A DNA stretch of 64,000 nt, taken from NCBI GenBank assembly GCA_963741955.1, contig CAVUKB010000007.1, forward strand, positions 992,001 through 1,056,000, given 5' to 3'. The position numbers and the translations under genes were made by a program. The DNA is from an uncultured Acidobacteriota bacterium (lineage in GTDB: Bacteria; Acidobacteriota; Thermoanaerobaculia; Gp7-AA8). Shown here in pieces: positions 28,386-42,120 of the stretch (position 1 is the stretch's first letter; the number at the start of each line of letters is the position of its first letter). The notes under the pieces are model-generated. The model had not been told where the DNA came from, ran no database searches, and saw only the letters and a program-made list of their open reading frames with translations.

Positions 28386-30053
28386 TTGCCATTCTTCTGC
28401 ATCGCGTGCAAATCGAGTATCGAGCCCGATTTCAAGGCCTGCCCCTTCTGTGGTGAGCCGATCACCGACTTCCTCCGGCAGTATCTCGAGACTCCGATCG
28501 ACGGGAAGTACCAGATCCTGGGGCGGCTCGGCGTGGGCGGAATGGGTGAGGTGTACAAGGTCCTCCACCTCCATCTGAACTCGGTGCGGGTGATCAAAAT
28601 GATGCGCGCCAGTCTGATGAAAGAGGAAGTCGCGCACGAGCGCTTCACGCGCGAAGCGCGACTGGCCACCCGCATTCATCACCCGAACGTTGCGACGCTT
28701 TTCGATTTCTCCACTCTCCCCGACGGCTCCTACTACATGGTGTGGGAGTACATCGAAGGGACGAACCTGACCGAAGTCCTGCGCACCCGCGGCTGCGTCT
28801 CCCCACGCTATGCCGCGATCATCGGCCGGGAGGCGCTGCTCGGACTCGATGCGATCCATCGCGCCGGAGTGGTCCATCGCGACGTCAGCCCGGAGAACCT
28901 GATGATCACCCGCGACGAGGAGGGGGTGGAGAGGGTGAAGATCATCGACCTCGGCATCGCCAAGCAATGGGGAGACGCCGTCGACGACAAGACCAAGACC
29001 GGTATGTTCGTCGGGAAGTGGAAGTACTGCTCGCCGGAACATCTCGGAATGCTGAAGGAAGGGGAGCGGATCGACGGGAGGGCCGACATCTACTCGTTCG
29101 GCATCGTCATGTACGAGATGCTGACCGGCGCGGCTCCCTTCATCGCCGACACTCCCCACCGTTACCTCCTGGCACACGCCACGGAGACCCCGAAGCCTCT
29201 CACCGTCACCAACCCCGGAGTTTCCCCATCGTCCGAGCTGGAGGCGATCGTCTTCAGGGCCCTCGAGAAGGATCGGAACAAGCGCTATCCGACCGCGCGC
29301 GAGATGGCGAGGGCAATCGAGGCGGTGATCCCGTCGCTGCCGGAAGTGGCAGCGGTACCGATCGCGCCCGATTACCTGGACGAGACCACGGCCGAGCATC
29401 AGGCGCCGGGCGGGGCTTCGACCACTCTCGCGGCCACGAGAGCAGCCATCGAAGCCGGCGAGACCGTACGCTCGCAGGACCTGATCGCGACGGTCGAGAC
29501 CTCGAGCGAACGGGAGGCCGCACTCCCGGAGAGCGGATCGGAGGAAGTGACATCCGAGTGGCGCTCGTTCGGCACGAAGACTCTGGCCGGGGAGCCGCAG
29601 ATCGCCCATGCCGCGGAGCCGCAGATCTCTGCGAAGTTCCTGCTGTGGGGCGGCGCGATCGCGGCGGTCGTACTGATCGCAGTGGTGCTCGCGGGAATGA
29701 TGATCCGTCACAACACTACCGCGGCCTCGATGAAGGAACCCGCGGAGGCGGCCTCGATCGTCGCGCCGACGCCGGTGAAGCGAGCGCCGCTTTCGATCAA
29801 CGCGTTTCCGTGGGCGGAGATCGAATCGATCCGCGAGGCGAGCTCCGGGAAAGCGATCCCTCTTCCGGAGAAGCCGGTCACTCCTGCGGTGATCGACCTT
29901 CCGCCGGGACGGTACGAGATCGTGGTGAGGAATCCCGCCGCGGCGAACGACGTGACGCGCACCGTCGAGGTGACTGCCGGAGGCGGTGCGGTGACGTTCC
30001 AGCTCACTGATCCTTCTCGAGCGTCTCTGCCCGATTTCGGAGGAAGCCGATGA
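28386..30053 (+). CDS. Membrane Ser/Thr protein kinase (Hanks type) with N-term zinc ribbon and C-term PEGA-like domain
   Basis: CxxC-x10-CxxC; LGVGGMGEVY, VIK, HRDVSPEN, DLGIAK, Y.SPE, DIYS.G; one TM helix; INAFPWAEI...LPPGRY. Confidence 0.93.
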   Translation: MPFFCIACKSSIEPDFKACPFCGEPITDFLRQYLETPIDGKYQILGRLGVGGMGEVYKVLHLHLNSVRVIKMMRASLMKEEVAHERFTREARLATRIHHPNVATLFDFSTLPDGSYYMVWEYIEGTNLTEVLRTRGCVSPRYAAIIGREALLGLDAIHRAGVVHRDVSPENLMITRDEEGVERVKIIDLGIAKQWGDAVDDKTKTGMFVGKWKYCSPEHLGMLKEGERIDGRADIYSFGIVMYEMLTGAAPFIADTPHRYLLAHATETPKPLTVTNPGVSPSSELEAIVFRALEKDRNKRYPTAREMARAIEAVIPSLPEVAAVPIAPDYLDETTAEHQAPGGASTTLAATRAAIEAGETVRSQDLIATVETSSEREAALPESGSEEVTSEWRSFGTKTLAGEPQIAHAAEPQISAKFLLWGGAIAAVVLIAVVLAGMMIRHNTTAASMKEPAEAASIVAPTPVKRAPLSINAFPWAEIESIREASSGKAIPLPEKPVTPAVIDLPPGRYEIVVRNPAAANDVTRTVEVTAGGGAVTFQLTDPSRASLPDFGGSR

Positions 30054-31450
30054 AGCGGCTCGTCGCGCTCTTCCTGATGCTGCTCGTCGCAGCGCCGCTC
30101 GTCGCGGCCGACCGCTGGTGGGATCACTACAAACGCGGTCTCGCCGCCGCGCAGTCGAACGAGTGGGACGCCGCGAAAGCCGAGATGCAGAAGTCGATTG
30201 CGCTCGAACCGAACGAGAACGCGTCGGCGCGCGCGAGAAACGAATACCTGGTCTACGTACCTCATTTCTGGCTCGGTCTCGCGCGGTACAAAGGCGGCGA
30301 TGTCGACGGTGCGATCCGGGAGTGGGAGATCTCGAGATCGCAGGGAGTGATTCAGAAGACGAAGTACTTCGCGGACCTCCAGGCGTGGACGTCGAGGGCG
30401 GAGTCGGATCGGGCACGCGAAGCCGTGGCACCGGTCACGGAAGTGCGGAAGAGCGCCGAGGGAGCGGTGTCCGCAGCGATTGCGGCGCAGGCGGATGCGA
30501 TGGCTGCGGGAGCGGATCGGAGCAACTCGTTCCGGAGCGCACAGCAGAAACTCTCCCAGGCGGTACAGCAGCTCAATCAGGCGGGTACCGGCGCGGCCGG
30601 CTTCCGCTCGGCGGCGGCGTCCGCGAATGCGGCCCGGGATCTTTTCGTCAGTGCGGCGCGCGACGCGAACGCGCGCCGGGCGAGACCCGCAGTGGTCGCG
30701 CCGCCGACTGCGCCGGCGCAACCGGCGGCCACGGCATCGGCCGGGGAGACTCCCGCGGCCGGCGCGACGACCGGCACGACCGTGACCGTTCCCGCTCCGA
30801 ACCCCCTTCCGCCGGTCGAATCGACGGCGGTCGCGGATGCGCGCATCGCAGTGCAGCAGCTCCGAAGGAGCGTGATCGAGAATCGCGACGAGGCGGCGCA
30901 GGACCGCACGAGCGCGAAGGAGTCGAGAGAGCTCTCGAATCTCGCCGACCGATGGGATGCGGAGCTCGCGACCGCGAGCGACGATGCAGCGATCCGCATT
31001 GCCGATGCGGCGGATCAGAGGCGGGAGACTTTCAGCAAGCGGCTGGCCGCGCTCTCGTCGCCGTCGGCGGAACCGGCTTCGGAACACGCCCGGACCAGAG
31101 CGGCGGCGGCCACTCCGCGCGACGCTCGCCGGGAGGTCGACCCGAAGGTGCTCGCGGAAATGAAGAAGGCGTTCGTCGCGTACGGGAAGGGAGATCTCGG
31201 CGGGTCGAAGAAGATTCTCGATCGCCTCGTCGCGTCCGGTGAAGCGCCGGGACCCGCATTGATGCTTCGGGGATGCGCGCGCTATACGAGCGGGATTCTC
31301 GGACGCAACGGCGAGGAGATCGAAGGCGCTCGCCGCGATTTTCGGAAGGCACTGACGGTCGATCCGCGGCTGAAGCTCGACTCGAACGTGTTTTCGCCGA
31401 AGCTGGTGGCGTTTTTCGATCAGATTCGAAGCGAGGCGAAACAGAAGTAA
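30050..31450 (+). CDS. Secreted helical/TPR-like protein
   Basis: Signal peptide; N-term 'WWDHY.RG......W..A...YVPHFWLG'; C-term 'F..AL..DP...LD...FSPK....F'; ATGA overlap with the kinase gene. Confidence 0.75.
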   Translation: MKRLVALFLMLLVAAPLVAADRWWDHYKRGLAAAQSNEWDAAKAEMQKSIALEPNENASARARNEYLVYVPHFWLGLARYKGGDVDGAIREWEISRSQGVIQKTKYFADLQAWTSRAESDRAREAVAPVTEVRKSAEGAVSAAIAAQADAMAAGADRSNSFRSAQQKLSQAVQQLNQAGTGAAGFRSAAASANAARDLFVSAARDANARRARPAVVAPPTAPAQPAATASAGETPAAGATTGTTVTVPAPNPLPPVESTAVADARIAVQQLRRSVIENRDEAAQDRTSAKESRELSNLADRWDAELATASDDAAIRIADAADQRRETFSKRLAALSSPSAEPASEHARTRAAAATPRDARREVDPKVLAEMKKAFVAYGKGDLGGSKKILDRLVASGEAPGPALMLRGCARYTSGILGRNGEEIEGARRDFRKALTVDPRLKLDSNVFSPKLVAFFDQIRSEAKQK

Positions 31451-31743
31451 GAGTTCGCGCAGCGCGAACGTCCGTCCCCGGAAAGTCGAGCATCGAGGCC
31501 GGAGCCGTTGCGTCGGAGTCGCCACGGGTGCGCCGTTGCATCCACTCTCCATTCCGCCGGGCCCGAGTGTGAGACCCCCGAAAATCGGCACCTGGCGCGA
31601 GTTGTGCCCCGTTCGCTTCTCCTTTATCATGCGCGCTCTTCTCTCCGCCCCACCGTGGGCCGAGCGGGGCGCGAACGATGACGGTTCAGGGCGTCTCCAT
31701 CCGGTGGTGAGCGGGCACGAACTCGATCCGAAGGAGCTCGATC

Positions 31744-33816
<2,073 letters not shown>

Positions 33817-34057
33817 CCCGGGGAATCCGATGTCGGACCTGGATCGGGTCGGGGGGATGGAGCTCCACGGAGGGGAGAATCCGCGAATCGTGCGCGTCTG
33901 TGTCGCAAATCACCCCAAAACCGTCCCGAATCCGCTAAAATCCCCCGCGCCGAGCGGTCGGGTCCGTCGCGGCACATTCCGGCAGTTCTGAAGAAGAAGA
34001 AATCGAGGGCCGGTCGAATCGGTTCCGAGATCAGTGCAAATAATTTTCAGGCACACT

Positions 34058-34224
34058 CTAGGAGTCTGCGCGGTAGAAAGGTCCGTAGCGAGAAAGTGGA
34101 ACAGCGAGGCCAAAGTCGTCCGGATTTGAGGCGCGTAGCGGTGACTACTCGCCGAGAATCCGGGCGGTTTTGGACCGCTGATCCGCTTTCGCAGCAGGAC
34201 TATTTCTATCGCGCAGACTCCTAG
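34058..34224. mobile_element. MITE-like element type A, complete (167 bp)
   Basis: 22-bp TIRs CTAGGAGTCTGCGCGGTAGAAA / TTTCTATCGCGCAGACTCCTAG (21/22), CTAG at both ends; second partial copy at 12826-12948. Confidence 0.82.
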
Positions 34225-34270
34225 GGGGGCAGTGCGCCCTCTCCGTGCCGAACAAGCGGAGGATCTTTTC

Positions 34271-36730
<2,460 letters not shown>

Positions 36731-36750
36731 AGCTGAATCTCGATTGAGAA

Positions 36751-36784
36751 AGAACGGGCGGTCTTCGGGCCGCCCGTTTTCGTT
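36751..36784 (+). terminator. Rho-independent terminator after the second hppA
   Basis: AACGGGCGGTC-TTCG-GGCCGCCCGTT followed by a T run. Confidence 0.75.
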
Positions 36785-36900
36785 CAGAAGGCGAATTCAG
36801 AATGCAGAATTCAGAACTGAGAAAACAGACCGGTCAACTGGTTGAGCCTTCTGCTGTTTTCTTTCTGAGTTTCTGAGTTTCTGAATTCTGCATTCTGAAG
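36783..36900. repeat. Inverted pair of heptamer tandem repeats (AATTCAG/AATGCAG ... TTCTGAG/TTCTGAA)
   Basis: TTCAGAATGCAGAATTCAGAA (36796-36816) and its exact reverse complement at 36879-36899; AT-rich relative to background. Confidence 0.8.
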
Positions 36901-36912
36901 GCGTCCTCCAAC

Positions 36913-36940
36913 GAGCCGGCACCCCTCCAGGTGCCGGCTC
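36913..36940 (-). terminator. Hairpin downstream of the first ompA-family gene
   Basis: GAGCCGGCACC-loop-GGTGCCGGCTC stem. Confidence 0.55.
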
Positions 36941-36955
36941 GGAAGATCGAGACTT

Positions 36956-37615
36956 CTACTGCGCCGATGCCTGCTGTTCGGGCTGTGCCTTCACCGCGAG
37001 CTCGACTCGCCGGTTCTCCTGTCGTCCGGCCGGCGTGGCGTTCGAGGCGACCGGGTCGCTCTCGCCGTATCCGATCGCCTGAATCCGGTCCGCGGTGACA
37101 CCCTGCTGCGTCAGGTAGTCCTTCACCGCGAGCGCGCGACGCTCGGAGAGCGACTGGTTGTACGAAGCCGTTCCGATCGAATCGGTGTATCCCTGAACCT
37201 TGATCGTGGTGCCGGGATACTTCTCGAATACGTTCGCCATGTCGCGAAGAGAGCTCTTGGAACTCGGCGTGAGCTCGGCGGAATCGAACGGGAAGAGGAT
37301 GTCGTTCGCAACCACGACCTTGATCTCGTCCTGCGAAGGCCTCTGCACTTCGACGTTCGGAATCTGCTTCAGCTCCTTCTCCTGCTGGTCCATCCGGTGA
37401 CCGATGGCTGCCCCGACTGCTCCTCCGACCACCGCGCCGACCGCGGCGCCCTTCTTCGCACTCCCGTTCTGGTTTCCGATCACCGCCCCTGCGGCGGCTC
37501 CGGTCGCGGCGCCGATCACCGCTCCTTTCTTGGTCTTCTCATTCCCGCTGGTGCTCGAGCACGCGACCACGAACAGGGCTACGATCGCAATCGCAAAAAA
37601 TCGTTTCATCATCAC
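36956..37615 (-). CDS. OmpA-family lipoprotein (glycine zipper + OmpA_C, YiaD-like)
   Basis: Lipobox VVAC; GAVIGA..GA..GA; MDQQ..EL; F.FDS, GYTD..G...YN..LS.RRA, GYGE..P...N.T..GR..NRRVE. Confidence 0.93.
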   Translation of the reverse strand: MMMKRFFAIAIVALFVVACSSTSGNEKTKKGAVIGAATGAAAGAVIGNQNGSAKKGAAVGAVVGGAVGAAIGHRMDQQEKELKQIPNVEVQRPSQDEIKVVVANDILFPFDSAELTPSSKSSLRDMANVFEKYPGTTIKVQGYTDSIGTASYNQSLSERRALAVKDYLTQQGVTADRIQAIGYGESDPVASNATPAGRQENRRVELAVKAQPEQQASAQ

Positions 37616-37689
37616 GAAAACCTCCTCGATTTGCTTAAGACTGCGAGGAAGAGGTCTACAAGTGATGTGCCATCGGAGGGGGTTCGCCC

Positions 37690-37741
37690 CGACTATTCAC
37701 GGTATTTCTTTGCTCCGCAGCAGAAGTCCCGTGAATAGTCG
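37690..37741. mobile_element. Minimal internally deleted copy of MITE-like type C
   Basis: 13-bp perfect IR CGACTATTCACGG/CCGTGAATAGTCG; 37712-37740 is the reverse complement of 22977-23005 with one mismatch. Confidence 0.7.
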
Positions 37742-37860
37742 TGGTTAGGACGAGCGCGACCGCAGATTGGCATCCCGGGCCGTCATCGGGACAGCGAGAG
37801 ACTCGGAGGAGACTGGAGGAGTCAGGGAACGGCAATCCGACCATTCACCATCCCGCACGC

Positions 37861-37895
37861 AAACGAAAAAAGGGCGCCTCTCGCGAGGCGCCCTC
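37861..37895 (-). terminator. Rho-independent terminator after the second ompA-family gene
   Basis: AGGGCGCCTC-tcgc-GAGGCGCCCT with an A run on the left (U tract on the minus strand). Confidence 0.75.
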
Positions 37896-37958
37896 CTGAT
37901 CTCCGGTTGAGCTCCGTGTCGACGGTTCAGGCCGTTCTGATGACTCACCCGGATCGGA

Positions 37959-38615
37959 TCAGGCCTGGTTGGCGCGCACGTGAATCTCGACGCGCCGGTT
38001 CTGTTGCCGCCCCGCGGCGGTTGCGTTGGATGCAACGGGCTGCGATTCGCCGAACGCTTCGGTATCGAGCCGTCCACCGCTGACGCCGAGCTGCTCGAGG
38101 TATCTCTCGACGCTGTTCGCACGTCGCTGCGAGAGCCGGTAGTTGTAACTCGCCGATCCGATTGAATCGGTATGCCCCTGAACCGAGATGGTGGTATCGG
38201 GATAACGCTGAAACACATTCGCCATCTCTTCCAGAGACTGTCGCGAAGCCGAACGAAGAGCCGAAGAGTCGAAGTCGAAGAGGACTTCGTTGTTCACCGT
38301 GACGTTCAACTCGTCGTCCGCGGTCCGGGTCACATCGACTCCCGGGATCTTCCGGAGCTCGCGTTCCTGTTTGTCCATGTAGGCTCCGACGCCGGCACCG
38401 ATTGCCGCTCCGGCCGCCGCTCCGATCAGACCACCTTTCTTCGCATTGCCGCTGCCGCGGTTGTTGCCGATCACCGCTCCGAGGACTCCTCCGGCAACAG
38501 CCCCGATCACGGCACCCTTGCGGGTCTTGTCGCGGGTCTGGCTCACGTCCTGGGCGAACGCCACTGGCAGGGCCATACTCGCCACGAGCATGAATGTCAC
38601 AATTCGTTTCAACAT
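37959..38615 (-). CDS. OmpA-family protein (glycine zipper + OmpA_C), paralogue with SPI-type signal peptide
   Basis: Same architecture as 36956-37615; signal ends VAFA-Q, no lipobox Cys. Confidence 0.92.
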   Translation of the reverse strand: MLKRIVTFMLVASMALPVAFAQDVSQTRDKTRKGAVIGAVAGGVLGAVIGNNRGSGNAKKGGLIGAAAGAAIGAGVGAYMDKQERELRKIPGVDVTRTADDELNVTVNNEVLFDFDSSALRSASRQSLEEMANVFQRYPDTTISVQGHTDSIGSASYNYRLSQRRANSVERYLEQLGVSGGRLDTEAFGESQPVASNATAAGRQQNRRVEIHVRANQA

Positions 38616-38865
38616 GGTGTTCCTCCGTGGTTCTTCGGACCCTTTGTTCGTTCCGAAGCGAAATCACTGCTTACTTTCGTCTCGATTCTTCTTCTTTTTC
38701 GGATCGATCGACTCTCTCATTTCGCAACTGTGGTGCCAGCCGCACTCGACCTGTGACAGCTGTCACTGAAGGGGAAGAGTAGGGGTGAGACATTACGCGA
38801 GGAAAGACGGTCCGACGCTCGACGGCACCCGCGGCCGGGGGCGACACGCCGGAATCAGGTCCCCA

Positions 38866-39957
38866 GTGAACTCTCTGATCACCAACGAATTACCGTTCCG
38901 GGAATTCATGGAGCGTGCGCTCTATGACTCCGCCGGTGGCTACTACACGAGGAGCCGGAATCCCGTCTCGAAGAGCGGAGATTACCTGACCTCGAACGCG
39001 ATCTCTCCCGTTTTCGCATTCGCGCTCGCTCGTCTCGTGGACGACTTCGTGAAGCATTCAGGCGACGAACTGTGCGCGATCGTGGACATCGGATGCGGCG
39101 ACGGACAGCTGATCCAGCGCATCGCGGAGCAGACCGATCGACGCTATCGTGACCATTGCGTTTTCTTCGGGATCGACCGTTCTCTCGAGCGTATCGACGA
39201 AGCGATGCGCGAGGACGGGTTCGCTCAGTATCGCGAGACGCTCGACGGCGTTCCCTTCGACATCCCGGTGCTGATCCTCTCGAACGAGCTGTTCGATGCC
39301 TTCCCGGTGGCGCGACTGGTCCAGCGCGGCAAAGAGCTCCACGAGCTGTGGGTCACACCCGTCGGAGAAGGTCTCGACTGGACCGAGCTCCCTGCGCCGG
39401 ACGCGTACGCCGGCTACTTCGCCGACCGACGGATCGCTCTGGATGACGGACAGTTTGCCGACGTCTCGCTCGACTGGAGCGGGCACTACTCCCTTCTCGC
39501 GGAGAAGCTCGAGCGGGGACTGATCGTGACCTTCGATTACGGATGTGCTCAGGAGCAACTGTTCAACCCGCGGTTCAGGCGGTACGGAACCGCTGCGGCC
39601 TACTCGCAGCACCGGTTCAACCGCGACCTGCTCGCCAACCCGGGCGGCCAGGACCTGACCGCACAGATCAATTTCACCGATCTCTGGACCGCCGGAGAGC
39701 GGAACGGAATGTCGACCCTGGCCTTCGAGCGGCAGGCGCGGTTCCTCCTCTCTCTCGGCATACTCGAGCACCCGGTTTTCAAGCCGTCGGAAGCCTCCGG
39801 CGGTGGTACGCTGGAGAGCACCATCGCAGGAACGGAGGAGCGGCAGGCGGCCCAGCGGCTGGTCCTCCCTGATGGTATCGGCGACGAGCTCCGGGTTCTC
39901 GTGCAATCGAAGGGCTACCCGCGTGCCGGGTGGCGGTTCCTGGAGAGGCCTTTCTGA
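38866..39957 (+). CDS. MidA/NDUFAF7-family SAM-dependent methyltransferase
   Basis: F.EFME.ALY...GGYY, GDYLTS, DIGCGDG, SNELFDAFP, DYG, PG.QDLTA..NF, LV.P.G.G..L.VL. Confidence 0.88.
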   Translation: MNSLITNELPFREFMERALYDSAGGYYTRSRNPVSKSGDYLTSNAISPVFAFALARLVDDFVKHSGDELCAIVDIGCGDGQLIQRIAEQTDRRYRDHCVFFGIDRSLERIDEAMREDGFAQYRETLDGVPFDIPVLILSNELFDAFPVARLVQRGKELHELWVTPVGEGLDWTELPAPDAYAGYFADRRIALDDGQFADVSLDWSGHYSLLAEKLERGLIVTFDYGCAQEQLFNPRFRRYGTAAAYSQHRFNRDLLANPGGQDLTAQINFTDLWTAGERNGMSTLAFERQARFLLSLGILEHPVFKPSEASGGGTLESTIAGTEERQAAQRLVLPDGIGDELRVLVQSKGYPRAGWRFLERPF

Positions 39958-40020
39958 TGACTCTTCCCGGCGAGACACGACCTGTGGAGGTAAGACGGGC
40001 ATCCGCCCTCTGAATACGCC

Positions 40021-40380
40021 ATGGCAAATTACTCCATTCTCCCGATCGCAATTCTGATCGTCCTGTCGCTTCCGATCATCACTCTGTTCGTGATCACCCC
40101 GCTCGTTCGGGCGTCCCGAGCTTCGAAAGTGAAGCTCGAGCCTTACGAGTGCGGTGTCGAGGCGACCTCCTTCGCGTTCGACCACCGCTTCTCGGTTCGG
40201 TACTTCCTCATCGCGGTGCTCTTCATCGTCTTCGACGTCGAAACGATCTTCCTCTTTCCCTGGGCGATCCGTTTCCGCCAGCTCGGCTGGTTCGGGGCGA
40301 TCGAGATGGGCCTGTTCATCGCGATTCTCCTGGTCGGCTATTTCTACGCGTGGAAACGAAAGGTGCTGTCATGGGTCTGA
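40021..40380 (+). CDS. nuoA: NADH-quinone oxidoreductase subunit A
   Basis: [26 protein letters not shown]. Confidence 0.97.
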   Translation: MANYSILPIAILIVLSLPIITLFVITPLVRASRASKVKLEPYECGVEATSFAFDHRFSVRYFLIAVLFIVFDVETIFLFPWAIRFRQLGWFGAIEMGLFIAILLVGYFYAWKRKVLSWV

Positions 40381-41336
40381 TCGAAAACCGCTTCGAGGAG
40401 AACATCCTCACGACGACGGTCGACAGGATCTTCAACTGGGCACGGAGATCGTCTCTCTGGCCGATGCAGTTCGGTCTCGCATGTTGCGCCATCGAGATGA
40501 TGGCGGTGCTCGATCCCCGTCACGACATGGCGAGATTCGGCGCCGAAGTCTTCCGGGCCACGCCGCGCCAGTCGGATCTGATGATCGTCGCCGGAACCGT
40601 GGCCGAGAAGATGGCTCCGATCGTCAAGCGGCTGTACGACCAGATGCCCGATCCGAAATGGGTCATCGCCATGGGATCGTGTGCGACGTGCGGTGGACCC
40701 TACGATACCTACGCCGTGACTCAGGGCGTCGACCGGCTCATCCCGGTGGACGTCTACATCCCCGGCTGCCCGCCGCGTCCCGAAGCTCTCCTGTGGGGGC
40801 TGATGGAGCTCCAGAAGAAGATCGACAAGATGCACGTCCTCCGCAAGGGCGGCGCGGCATACGACTTCGCCCGCCAGGCGGTGCGTGACGTCGTGCGCCC
40901 GCTCCACGAAGGTCCCGCGATCCGGATCAGTGACGCCGCAGCCGAACCGGCCGAAGCTTCCACCCCGGCTGCAGAACCCACTGCCGCGAGCCCGGCTCCG
41001 GCCGAAACGTCTCCTCGAACTGAAGCCCCGGCCCCGCTCCCTGCGCCGACCGGCGCATCCGCCGACGCCGCGTTCCACGACCAGGCGCTCACTCTCGCCG
41101 AGCGGATGAAGCTCGCCGAGGAATCGGGTGGCGGAGTGGTGGCGAAGATGTGGGCCTCGCTGGCACAGACCGACTGCGGCGCGTGCGGATGGGACTGCGA
41201 AGGATACGCGAAGGCCCTCGACGCCGGCGAAGAGAAGGACATCTCGCTCTGCGTTCCCGGCGAGGCGGAAACGATCGAAACGCTCAAGAAGCTGATGGCC
41301 GAAGCCGGCCGGGAGTACACGGTCGGAGCGGCGTAA
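40371..41336 (+). CDS. nuoB: NADH-quinone oxidoreductase subunit B with Pro/Ala linker and C-terminal extra 4-Cys Fe-S domain
   Basis: [37 protein letters not shown]; C-term [20 protein letters not shown]...ISLCVPG. Confidence 0.95.
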   Translation: MGLIENRFEENILTTTVDRIFNWARRSSLWPMQFGLACCAIEMMAVLDPRHDMARFGAEVFRATPRQSDLMIVAGTVAEKMAPIVKRLYDQMPDPKWVIAMGSCATCGGPYDTYAVTQGVDRLIPVDVYIPGCPPRPEALLWGLMELQKKIDKMHVLRKGGAAYDFARQAVRDVVRPLHEGPAIRISDAAAEPAEASTPAAEPTAASPAPAETSPRTEAPAPLPAPTGASADAAFHDQALTLAERMKLAEESGGGVVAKMWASLAQTDCGACGWDCEGYAKALDAGEEKDISLCVPGEAETIETLKKLMAEAGREYTVGAA

Positions 41337-41358
41337 GCCCCGACGGAGGATCGTCAGA

Positions 41359-42117
41359 ATGGCCGAGGAAACGGAAAAAGTCGAAAAGGCCGAGAAGCCG
41401 GCAGCAGCGGCAGCTCCCGAAAAGCCCGCTGCGCGAACCGTGGACGAGATCCTCGCGGATCCCGCGATCAGTGCGGCCATGGCCGACGTCCGGAGCGCGA
41501 TCATCGACGCACGCGAGTTCGCGGGCGAGATGATTCTCACCGTCGAGAGCTCCCGCATCCGCCAGGTCTGCGAAACGCTCGCGCGCGAAGGCTTCAACTA
41601 TCTCGTGAACCTCTGCGGCGTCGATTACTCGACGTATCCCGGCCACACCGGCGCGCGATTCGCCGTCGTCTATCACCTCTATTCGTTCGCGAAGAACGTC
41701 CGGATCGAGCTCAAAGCCTTCGTTCCCGACGGCGGGAGCATCCCCTCGGTCGTCGCGGTCTGGAAGACGGCGAACTGGCACGAGCGCGAGACGTACGACA
41801 TGTACGGGATCGAATTCGAAGGACATCCGAACCTCGAGCGAATCCTCACCTGGGATGGCTTCAACGGTCATCCGCTCCGCAAGGACTTCCCGCTTCGCGG
41901 AATCGACACCGGCGCGAGGATCTATCCGGAAGTCTTCCCTGAAGGCGGCGGTCCGATGAAGGGATCGACCGGCAAAGCGCCCGACGACGTGAACCTCTGG
42001 GGTGGCGACTGGAAACTCTTCGGCCGCGGCCCGGTGATCGCCCCCGACACCGATTCATCCCACGCTCTGCCGGCCGCTGCAGATGACGGCAACGGCTCGA
42101 AGCCGAGTGGAGAGTAA
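41359..42117 (+). CDS. nuoC: NADH-quinone oxidoreductase subunit C
   Basis: LCGVDY, RFAVVYHL, ANWHERE.YDMYGI.F.GHP.L.RIL, GHPLRKDFPL. Confidence 0.96.
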   Translation: MAEETEKVEKAEKPAAAAAPEKPAARTVDEILADPAISAAMADVRSAIIDAREFAGEMILTVESSRIRQVCETLAREGFNYLVNLCGVDYSTYPGHTGARFAVVYHLYSFAKNVRIELKAFVPDGGSIPSVVAVWKTANWHERETYDMYGIEFEGHPNLERILTWDGFNGHPLRKDFPLRGIDTGARIYPEVFPEGGGPMKGSTGKAPDDVNLWGGDWKLFGRGPVIAPDTDSSHALPAAADDGNGSKPSGE

Positions 42118-42120
42118 GTC

